Shown here: positions 21,310 to 29,648 of the stretch, piece by piece
Position numbering within the stretch: position 1 is the first letter of the stretch
Layout of the letters: the number at the start of each line of letters is the position of its first letter
NCBI GenBank assembly: GCA_001275005.1
Contig: JWZX01002618.1
Span: 1-43,255 of the forward strand
Length of the DNA stretch: 43,255 bases
Origin: Chrysochromulina tobinii
Lineage: Eukaryota
Reading direction: 5' to 3'
The notes under the pieces: generated by a model
The model's input: the letters and a program-made list of their open reading frames with translations, nothing else
The model's database searches: none
What the model was told of the DNA's origin: nothing
Program-made: the position numbers and the translations under genes

Positions 21310-22201
21310 TTGATTCGATGGGAACGGGACGAGCGGGTCGCTGGCAGCGGCATCACCTCGTGGATATGTAAATGTTGGGGGGGTCCCGGGCATGTCCCGC
21401 ACAGAGCCTGAGGGACCGCGGCGGCAAGGACAGTCGCACAGCGACTTGAGCAAGCGTTGGGCCCACAGCGAGGACCGCCGCCGAGGCGGGCCTGCGGCCG
21501 TCGGCAAGGGCAGATATATCTGCATTCCAGCCGGAGGACCCCGGCGCTCTTCTCGCTCGATGCCCCTTGCGGGGTTGGGCGGCCCCCCTTCGAAGCTACA
21601 AGCTTGGTCCGCCGGTACTGGACCGAACCGGGAACTGCGGCAGGCCCCTTGCGGCTCTACCTTTCGTCAGTGTTATTCGCTACACCTTGCTTGGGCGCTA
21701 CCATTGGGCGAGGACGACTCGACCGGCTAAAGCCGTAAGGCCTTTCATCGTATGGGGTATGGCCACACGCGCTGGAGAGCCCGGGCCAGGCCGGGCGGGG
21801 GACGCGGCGGGAGTGCGGGAGCCGGGACGCGGTCCGCGCCGGTGCGAATTGCCACGCGGATTCGTGCATGCTGCTCCGCTCTCAGACCGTCGCCCGAAAA
21901 ATGAACAATAAATAATATATAAGTACGTCCACGATCGTCCTGTACCCCTCCCGTGTTGTAATCCGAGTTTTCTTCTCGTCCGAGCCCGAGGCCGACTCAT
22001 CGTTTAGGTCGTACGTCTGTCCCCGGAAAACGGGTGGGGGAGGCGGAAGGGGGAAGGTGGCTCGCCAGCTGTCCGGCTCTCTCGTGCCTCTTCTCGTGCC
22101 TGGCGTCGCTTGTGGCATGTTGTTTCCTCTCGCTTCTCCGTGAAAAGTAGCAGCGCCCGTCCTCTCACTCACGCGAGGTTGCGAGTGGCGCCTGCGCGAC
22201 G

Positions 22202-24016
22202 TCAGGCGCCGACGTCCATGGCAGCGCTGCTGCTGGCGCCCACGGCAGCGCGCGAAGAGCCAGGCATGGCGAAGGTGACGCCGTCAAGGTTGGTCGGGTC
22301 CTCAAGGGTATTCTGAAGCGCCTCTGAGAGCATCTCGCACGTGAAGGTATCGTCGGGCTTGAGTGAGAGCGACTGGTGGTAGAGCTCGATGGCCCCATCG
22401 AGGTTGCCGCTCAGGTGGAGCGTGAAGCCGAGCGCCGAGTACGTGGAGGCGACGCGCGGGTTGATGGAGAGCGCGGCGCGGTACCACTTGGCAGCATTGC
22501 TGAAGTCGCGCAGCTTGCGATACGCGTGCCCGAGGTTGAAGACCGAGGGCTCCCGCACGGCCTCATCGTACTCGTTGCACCCCTCGGCCACCCGCAAGAA
22601 GAAGCTGACCGCGGCCTCGTACTCGCCCTCGTGAAAGTGCAGGACGCCTAGCTCGTGCAGGACGAGCGGGTCCGTCGGGCAGATCTCCTGCGCTTGCCGA
22701 ATGTACTGCAGCGCGAGGTGCAGGTGGTTGGTGCGCAGGTACTCCATCCCGATGCCGAGCCAAGGGATGTGAGAGCCGGGGAAGAGGCGCGAGGCCGTGC
22801 GGTAGGCAGCCATAGCCTGATCCGACTCGTCCTGCGCCGCGAAGGCGTGCCCGAAGCCGACCCAGGCGGGAACAAAGCGGTGGTTGAGTGTGGTCGCCTT
22901 CGAGAAGTATCGGCGCGCGTTCTCGAAGTCGCCGATGAGATGATAATAGCAGCCGACCGCATACCACGAGACGGCGGTCGAGGGGTACTCTTCGACGAGC
23001 TGATGTGCAAGGGAGAAGAGCTCCGAGCGCAGATCAAGGCGCACCATCGAGCACACGTGCACCGGGAGTACGTGTTGCTGGAAGGGGTCCTTCGAAAGGA
23101 CCCGTGACGAGAGCTTGTAGCACGCGCGGTAGTGCCCGTGCGCATACTCGTACTCAGCGGCCGCCGTCAACATGTCGACATTCTCGCGCAGCTCGAGGAT
23201 ACCCGCGCGCTCGCCACACAAGCCCTCCGCGACGGCGTCGGCTGCGGCGCGTGCGGAGGCCTCGTCCGCGTGCTGGGGCGCGGTCAGGCCGAAGGCGCCG
23301 ACGCCGAGCGCGCCCACCAGCCCGGAGGCTCCTAGGCCACTGCGAGCGATCTCCTCGTCTTCCTCGTCCGCGAGGTACTTGTCCGCAAGCACGCGCCCCT
23401 CGTCGGGCTCGAGCTTGCACCGGTAGTACACGCGCAACCACTCGGCGTCGACGGCTTGCAGCTTGGGCTCGAGCGACTCGAGCAGTGCGCGCTGCTCCGT
23501 CGTCGAGATCATGTGATTCGACACGATCCGGTTGAGCGCCTCGTAGCATAGAGCGTCTGCGTGCAGAGCAGCCATGTAGCAGCGAGCCGCGAGGGGCCAG
23601 TTCTCCTGCGACTCGTACACCGAACCCTTGAGCAGCTGCATCGCCGCGAGCATTCTTACCTGCCCGTCGTCCCCGCCATCGCGCGCCGTCTCCTCGCTCA
23701 CAGCCTGCAGCGCCGCCTCGTCAAGCGTTGCGAGGCACTCGTCCAGCTCGAGGCACTCGGCGAGGCACTTGGCTGTCAGGTAGCGGAATCGCGACGATGC
23801 GGTCGCCTGCTGCGTGCGGTGCAGCACGTGCAGCGCCCGCCGGTGCTGCTTCGTGTACATATACGCCTGCACAAGCCGGTACACATCGTCGGGCTCGTTG
23901 TTTGAGAGCGTGACAAGCTTGTCGGCGAAGAAAATGGCATTCTCGTACAGGTGCTTGCCGAGCGAGTCCTGCACGATGGCGCGCAATCGCTCCAGGTGAT
24001 CGCTGTTGGAAGCCAT
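22202..24016 (-). CDS. APC6: Anaphase-promoting complex subunit 6 (CDC16/Cut9), TPR protein
   Basis: HLYENAIFFADKL; LAHQLVEEYP.TAVSWYAVGCYY; ARRYFSKAT; WVGFGHAFAAQDESDQAMAAYRTASRLFPGSH; NLGHAYRKL. Confidence 0.95.
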   Translation of the reverse strand: MASNSDHLERLRAIVQDSLGKHLYENAIFFADKLVTLSNNEPDDVYRLVQAYMYTKQHRRALHVLHRTQQATASSRFRYLTAKCLAECLELDECLATLDEAALQAVSEETARDGGDDGQVRMLAAMQLLKGSVYESQENWPLAARCYMAALHADALCYEALNRIVSNHMISTTEQRALLESLEPKLQAVDAEWLRVYYRCKLEPDEGRVLADKYLADEEDEEIARSGLGASGLVGALGVGAFGLTAPQHADEASARAAADAVAEGLCGERAGILELRENVDMLTAAAEYEYAHGHYRACYKLSSRVLSKDPFQQHVLPVHVCSMVRLDLRSELFSLAHQLVEEYPSTAVSWYAVGCYYHLIGDFENARRYFSKATTLNHRFVPAWVGFGHAFAAQDESDQAMAAYRTASRLFPGSHIPWLGIGMEYLRTNHLHLALQYIRQAQEICPTDPLVLHELGVLHFHEGEYEAAVSFFLRVAEGCNEYDEAVREPSVFNLGHAYRKLRDFSNAAKWYRAALSINPRVASTYSALGFTLHLSGNLDGAIELYHQSLSLKPDDTFTCEMLSEALQNTLEDPTNLDGVTFAMPGSSRAAVGASSSAAMDVGA

Positions 24017-24257
24017 CGCCCGACAGTCGCCCGACACGCGGCGGCGCGCGCGTCACCGCCACCCCTTCGGCGAAGCGCAAACATAAAGGAGTTTGTAACT
24101 CGTTTGTAAACGAATCAAACTTCGCAGCTGCTATGCTCGACATGTAATCGTGAAGGCAACTTTGTTTGCCGAAGTTTGCCTTCGCTCCGTTTCGGAGCGC
24201 CGTCGCCGCGTGTCGGGCGACTAATGCCGCCTAAGGGGGTAGGTCACCTACCCCCTT

Positions 24258-25709
24258 ATGCCGCCACACCTCATTCAGCGGCGCCCGAAGAAGGAGGACC
24301 GCAAGCTCGCCGAGGGCAAGGACCCAAAGGCCAAGAAGCTCACGCCCGCGGAGCAGGAGGAGGCGGATGAGAAGGCACTCGAGGAAGCGTGCGAGAAGTG
24401 GTGCGCACGCATGATACGCATCGTGATGGTCGGCAGCATGCTCATGGGTTTGCTCACACCCTTGTACGAATTCATCACGCGCGCCCCTGTGATCGTCAAA
24501 CCTACGGACCTGAGCGGCCGAACCTTTGTCATCACCGGTGCCACCGACGGCGTTGGCACGGCCGCCGCGCGCAGGCTGGCAAAGGATGGCGCGCGAATCA
24601 TCATCGGCTCACGCAACATGAGCCGCGGGGAGGCAGCGGCCGCAATTCTCCGTCGCGAGACGGGCAACGCGGCCATCGAGGTGCGCTACCTCGACCTCGC
24701 CAACCTGAGCTCGGTCGCCGACTTTGCCGCCTCGCTCACCAGCGCGTCGTCTGAGGACGACGAGGCTGGCAGCGGCGAGCCGATCACCGGGCTGCTCAAC
24801 AATGCGGGGAGCCTCGAGAATGCGTGCTCGCCAACGCTCGACGGCTTCGAGACGGCCACGCAGGTCAACTACCTCGCCCCGGCGCTGCTCACGCATCTGC
24901 TGCTTCCACAGCTTGAGCAGTCGGTCGGCGCACGCGTGGTTCACGTGGCCTGCCCTGTGACAGAGAAAGCAAAGCTCACGCTCGAGCATCTCGAGCCGCT
25001 CCCGCTCGTGCCCGACGAGTCCGCGCCCGCGTGCGACGTGTTCCAGCGCTACGGCACCGCCAAGCTCATGACCCTCGCCTTCAGCAGCACGTTGGCCAAG
25101 CGGCTCGCGAGCCGGCGAGGCGCCGTACTGGGCGTCTTCCCGGTGACCACCAACGCCTTCGACCCGGTCGCTGTGGACACCGCCTTTTCTGAAACCCAGC
25201 CGGCAGCGCCCTCGGGCCGGCGGCGCGTGGGCTTCATGCCGCAGATGCTCATCCGCCAGGCCCTCGGCTGGGTGCTCTCGCCGCTGCTGTCGCCGATCGG
25301 GCGCCGACTCGGGCGCCTCTTCCTGCGTTCAGCTGAGACGGCAGGCCTCGGCCTCGTCCATATGGCCACCGCGCCGCAACTCACGCGCGTGAGCGGCAAG
25401 GTGTTCAGCCTGCAGAGCGCAAGCGCCCTCAGCCGCGAGGCCGGCTGCACCCTCGACCCCGAGCAGTGCGGCCTTGTCGCGCAGACGTGGCCCGACCCCG
25501 CGGCGCTCGAGAAGCTCTGGCAGGAGACCGAGGCAGCGCTCGCACCGTGGCTCCGACGGGCGGCGGCTAGCGGCGCTCACGGCGAGGGCAGGGGCGCCGG
25601 TGGTGGAGCAGGAGCTGCGGCTGGCGGCGGCGTCCCGCACTCAAAGCAGCAGCGCTCTGAACCGCCCAGCACACCGGAGCCTGCGTGGCCGGTCGAGGAC
25701 GACTTTTGA
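24258..25709 (+). CDS. Short-chain dehydrogenase/reductase (retinol dehydrogenase/WWOX-like) with N-terminal membrane anchor
   Basis: ITGATDGVG, LDLANLSSV, LLNNAG, DGFE...QVNYL, YGTAK. Confidence 0.9.
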   Translation: MPPHLIQRRPKKEDRKLAEGKDPKAKKLTPAEQEEADEKALEEACEKWCARMIRIVMVGSMLMGLLTPLYEFITRAPVIVKPTDLSGRTFVITGATDGVGTAAARRLAKDGARIIIGSRNMSRGEAAAAILRRETGNAAIEVRYLDLANLSSVADFAASLTSASSEDDEAGSGEPITGLLNNAGSLENACSPTLDGFETATQVNYLAPALLTHLLLPQLEQSVGARVVHVACPVTEKAKLTLEHLEPLPLVPDESAPACDVFQRYGTAKLMTLAFSSTLAKRLASRRGAVLGVFPVTTNAFDPVAVDTAFSETQPAAPSGRRRVGFMPQMLIRQALGWVLSPLLSPIGRRLGRLFLRSAETAGLGLVHMATAPQLTRVSGKVFSLQSASALSREAGCTLDPEQCGLVAQTWPDPAALEKLWQETEAALAPWLRRAAASGAHGEGRGAGGGAGAAAGGGVPHSKQQRSEPPSTPEPAWPVEDDF

Positions 25710-26051
25710 GAGCCTGCAGCCACACGCTCTCCAGAGGGGCACCGAGCGACGCGCGGCCACAACCTGCCGATAATCCGCACATTCAACTTCCCACGGGACC
25801 CCGCGTACAGGTTACACGCTGCAGCAATGCTGTACATCTTTCAGTGTCCCGAGTGTCGTGTGTACACGACCGATGACAGCCGCGCGCACCGTTATGGGCG
25901 CCAGTGCCGTGCCCTGAAGTCTTCAATCGCTAATGCTTCGATCAGCTCGGCTTGAAGCTCAGGCTATAAGACCGTTAGCTTAAACACAGCGTAAACTCCT
26001 CGTGTACCGCGCAACACCCGGCGCGCGTGCACCGTGACGGCCTCGCACCTC

Positions 26052-26217
26052 CGTCTGGGATCGGCGGGTCGTGCCTTAAGCCGGGAGGGGGTGACTTAAG
26101 CCGCGCCGGTACTTAAGTCGGGTCACCGCGACTTAAGATGAAATCTCCCTTAAGTCACCGCGACCGGCTTAAGTCACCCCCTACCGGCTTAAGGCACGAC
26201 CCCGCCGATCCCAGACG
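26052..26217. mobile_element. 166-bp MITE-like fold-back element with ~52-bp TIRs, 7 CTTAAG sites and a putative CTC target-site duplication
   Basis: 26052-26103 is the reverse complement of 26165-26217 with 1 mismatch and 1 indel. CTC lies at 26049-26051 and 26218-26220. Confidence 0.75.
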
Positions 26218-26504
26218 CTCGTTCTCGAACCGCAACCGGACGCGGGCTGCTCGACGGGCTGCTTACGGGCTGCTCGCTCGGCTGAGCTCGCCCGATCGGT
26301 GCGTGGATCCCGCCGCGGCCGCAGCCCCGGCGGTCCGAGCTCCCGCGCGACTCGCTACTCGTACTCCCGCCGGTCGGCCCGTCCGCCCGCTCAATAAAAC
26401 TCGACAATAAAACCCTTGAATAACCCTTAACGGGCGCACCTATGGCGCACCTACCTCCTACGCTATAGTTGCTAGCCTCGCTCTACCAACGAAACAAGCT
26501 CCGC

Positions 26505-27608
26505 TCAAAAGAATTTGAGCGTCCGATCACCGTAGCCAAACTGGCCCTTGTGACGGTCGAAAAGATCTTCGAGCTCGCGCATGTACGTCGCGTGCCACTC
26601 TGCGACTTGCGCAGCTGTCGGGTTCTCTATCTTGGGGAGATGGAGCGCCTTGCCGAATACGGTGTGCAGAGGCACGTCACGCCGTGGCAGCAGAGGAAAG
26701 AACCAAGTACCCCAGAAGATAGGCAGCACGAAGCCAAACGTCTTTACAAGCCACAGGTTGAGTGGGCGGAGCGCCGAGACGCTCTTGTACAGGTCGCTCT
26801 CGCCAAACGTGAACGCGATCACGAGCGTATATCCGTGCTGCAGCGCGTACTTGAGGAAGCCGGCGCGCTTCTTGAGGTACAGGTTCTCGCGCCCATTCTG
26901 GTGCAGGGCCACCTCCTCACTGCCGCCGGGGATGATGCCAAACGTCGTCCGGGTGCTGAGCAGATGGTGCACGCCCTCTTTGGTTGCGGGCACGCAGCAC
27001 CCGAAGGCAAGCAGGATGTGCCGAAGCACCTGCCAAATGAGGCAGGCACTCAGCATGCAATGAGGGAGGCACTCGGCATGCAAAATGAGGAGGCACTCGG
27101 CATGCAATCTCACCGGGATTTTGAAGAGGACGGGAGCTTGGACGCCCGAGACGCTCGCATTGAGCGGCAGCCATGGGGGCAGGTACGTTGCATTGTCTTG
27201 GGCGCGTGCCCGAACGGCGCCGTTGAGCGAGAAGCCACACGGAATCAGCCCGTGCGGGTGGTAGCACACCATGATGCTCTCGTTGACCCGATCTTTGAGT
27301 TTCAGAACGTCTTCGGATGCCCACAAGGTAGAACCACCCTTGAGCCACCCGGCCTTGCTGAGGACGAAACGGCAGAAGCGCGGCGAGTACAGCGCTTCGT
27401 TTGGGACCAGGAAGGGGTATGCCACAGATGAAATAAGTATCAGCACCAGCCACGAAGGCAGATAGAAGGCGGCGACCCCTAGCAACAAGGGCGAGAGCGG
27501 TCCGACGAATTGGCCCAAGCCCCAAACGACTGTGAACGCGAGCGCACCCTGGAGTCGCGATAGAAAGGTGTCGCTGGCGCCAATCGTGTGGCAATGCGTC
27601 AGCGCCAT
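26505..27608 (-). CDS. DGAT2: Diacylglycerol acyltransferase type 2 (DGAT2/MOGAT family); complement(join(26505..27029,27114..27608))
   Basis: YHPHG, LFKIP|VLRH, IIPGGSEE, LKKRAGFLKYAL, FTFGE, LP...P.HTVFG, H..Y..ELEDLF. Confidence 0.93.
   Translation of the reverse strand: MALTHCHTIGASDTFLSRLQGALAFTVVWGLGQFVGPLSPLLLGVAAFYLPSWLVLILISSVAYPFLVPNEALYSPRFCRFVLSKAGWLKGGSTLWASEDVLKLKDRVNESIMVCYHPHGLIPCGFSLNGAVRARAQDNATYLPPWLPLNASVSGVQAPVLFKIPVRLHAECLLILHAECLPHCMLSACLIWQVLRHILLAFGCCVPATKEGVHHLLSTRTTFGIIPGGSEEVALHQNGRENLYLKKRAGFLKYALQHGYTLVIAFTFGESDLYKSVSALRPLNLWLVKTFGFVLPIFWGTWFFPLLPRRDVPLHTVFGKALHLPKIENPTAAQVAEWHATYMRELEDLFDRHKGQFGYGDRTLKFF
27030..27113 (-). other. 84-nt in-frame, stop-free intron made of three ~24-nt tandem repeats
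   Basis: GTGAGA donor and TGGCAG acceptor. Repeats are TTGCATGC(C/T)GAGTGCCT(C/G)C(C)TCA. Removal gives the canonical LFKIPVLRHIL. Confidence 0.88.
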
Positions 27609-27934
27609 CGGCGTGATCGGCAGTGCTCGGTGCTCGTGTGGGATGCTTCGCCAATCGCGTTCAGGTGTTAATACACACAACACGTAAACAACGGAGCCGT
27701 GAAGAGAATACAGCGTTCATTATGAATTCTCGAGTGCAATGTACATTCACAACACACCAACACGCACAGACCAAACTCAAACGCTTGTACACTAAGTACA
27801 CACAACGCGTAAGCAGCACAACCGCGTTCACAGCGCTATTTATGGCGTCGATAGCGACCTTGATGTACTGGGAAGGGAGCAACACCGCGTTCATCAAAGC
27901 CTCTTCAAGTCTTCATATTCCCCCCTCCCGCCGA

Positions 27935-28086
27935 GACGAGTCAAGTCAAGAATGTCAAGTCAAGTCTATATAAACAACAGACAACCTACGGAAGCCTATC
28001 GAATGTGCTCCGGAAGCCAGCAGGGGAGGACGGGTGTCGATGGAGATGGCGGAGGGGGATCCATCCTTGACTTGACTTGACTTGTC
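27935..28086. repeat. Inverted (GTCAA)n ... (TTGAC)n pentamer tracts flanking ~100 bp
   Basis: gacgagtcaagtcaag...gtcaagtcaagtc at 27935-27966 and cttgacttgacttgacttgtc at 28066-28086. Confidence 0.75.
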
Positions 28087-28164
28087 CTCCCAGAGACCCG
28101 ACGATCCCGAGCCGCCCTGTCGGCTCGTCGGCCTTCGGCGTCCCCTGCGCTTCACGGCGTCCAC

Positions 28165-29043
28165 ATGACGCCGAAGCCGTACGAAGACGAGTCCTCAGAT
28201 GCCTTCGACGTCTTGGTCTCCGGTTACTACGAAGCCTCCTCTCGGTCCCAGAGAGCCTCCGAGCTTCTCGAGCTCGAAGGGCATCACTGTGTCACACTGC
28301 GCCTCAAGCAGGAACGTGACACTTGCCCGGTGTGCCACACCGCGTTCGAGGGCTTTCCTTCCACGCGGCGCCAGCTTTGGGACTGCAGCCATCACGTGTG
28401 CAACGAGTGCTGCTTCTCGATGCTCAAGGCCAGCCCGCGCTTCAGAGCTCACCTTACCATGGCCCATGAAGCTATGCGTTTCAACGGCTTTCAGTGCCCG
28501 ATGTGCCGTGCTCTACCGGACGTGACCGGGCGCGACGAGCACTACGATTGCTTGCTGCGACGCTTCTTCAAGACACTGCACCCACCGCTGCCCATCAGCG
28601 CTCGCGTCGGGCCCATCTTCGCCTCGACAGTGCCCGTCGGAGACTTGGACCTAGTCGCGCGCACGCTGATCGAGACTGTCCATCGCATCGAGGACTCTCA
28701 TGGTCTCCGCCGATCCCATGCCCTCCAGAGCATGGTTACATCTCTGCTTGCTCGGGCGAATCTCTCTGCCATCGTCTGCATTCAGGACGCCGCTGATCCT
28801 GACGACGATCTTCACGCGTCCTCCGAGTTCCTCAACGCAGTACTGCTCACGTCTGCCGCAGCGGTCCAGATGCAAGTGGCCATCTTGTCCGTCCACCCTG
28901 CTCTGAGCGCCACGAACTTTGATGCACACATGGTTGTCGTTGACAGTATCGAGCTCCACGGTGACGTCCGCCTCGCGGCGCCTGAGACGACGGGCGCTGC
29001 AGACTCCGAGAACGACTTCGAGGACGACCGTCGTGAGCGCTGA
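28165..29043 (+). CDS. RING-HC (C3HC4) zinc-finger protein, intronless
   Basis: CPVC-x16-CSH-x2-CNEC-long loop-CPMCR. Confidence 0.7.
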   Translation: MTPKPYEDESSDAFDVLVSGYYEASSRSQRASELLELEGHHCVTLRLKQERDTCPVCHTAFEGFPSTRRQLWDCSHHVCNECCFSMLKASPRFRAHLTMAHEAMRFNGFQCPMCRALPDVTGRDEHYDCLLRRFFKTLHPPLPISARVGPIFASTVPVGDLDLVARTLIETVHRIEDSHGLRRSHALQSMVTSLLARANLSAIVCIQDAADPDDDLHASSEFLNAVLLTSAAAVQMQVAILSVHPALSATNFDAHMVVVDSIELHGDVRLAAPETTGAADSENDFEDDRRER

Positions 29044-29648
29044 GTCCTGAGCGAGGACGTGCAGCCGCTCGTGGTGACTGGTGTCGTGGTGTATGTCTTG
29101 GCCAGACCAAGCGCAACGTAGCTGAGTAATGTAGCACCCGCAGCGGTGGTGCGTGTCTTGGGGTGAAACATGTCGCCTGAGCTGTGTGGCTGCGGCCTCA
29201 GAGGTGAGCGTGACCGAGCGCGAGCCGGTGCGGCGGTCTCGTGCGCCCTGCGCCGGCGGACTCCGACCGTCGAGTCAGTGCTCACTGCTGACACTCTGGC
29301 TGCGGGGGATTGCGGTGCGGAGTGGACGCGCGCTCGACGCTCGACGTGTGCGGTACCGCGTGCATGCGCGGGGGGCCGTCGCTTTGATGTTTGAGTCGGT
29401 CCGTGTCCGGGGAGCGGTCGGACACGACATTTAGATTAGTGATTACGCCGCCACCGCGGCCGCGCGGGCGCGGTACGAACGGAGGGATAACGAGCTCGCT
29501 GAACGCCCGGGAAACGGGCGGCGCGATCACCCGCACTGGCTGGGCGATTCCCAAGGTCACGTGCGAAACATTCTATATACGCGGGTTCGAGCTGGAGTCG
29601 TTATGAATCACCGCGGGAAGACGAGAGAACGGCCCGGCCACCGCGGTC

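Noticed and set aside
21455..21675. Hammerhead (CUGACGA) or HDV-like (UCCUCGC) ribozyme cores on the minus strand
   Set aside because: No GAAA follows the putative stem II, and there is no GG/P4/J4-2 arrangement for an HDV fold.
21878..21895. GGTCTGAGA (minus strand) resembling RNase P RNA CR-I
   Set aside because: No complementary CR-V/P4 3' strand was found downstream.
23633..23660. CAG|GTAAGA donor-like site in APC6
   Set aside because: The frame stays open and the encoded MLAAMQLLKG fits the conserved APC6 helix; a resulting intron would be implausibly short.
26070..26195. Regularly spaced CTTAAG units as a CRISPR array
   Set aside because: Repeats are only 6-10 bp with 11-14-bp gaps, the arrangement is symmetric inside TIRs, there are no cas genes, and the context is eukaryotic.
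26469..27431. Long antisense and alternate-frame ORFs (this one, 1421-2506, 4795-5754, 36658-38082 and others)
   Set aside because: They are shadow ORFs expected from high GC3 coding on the other strand or frame, with no motifs.
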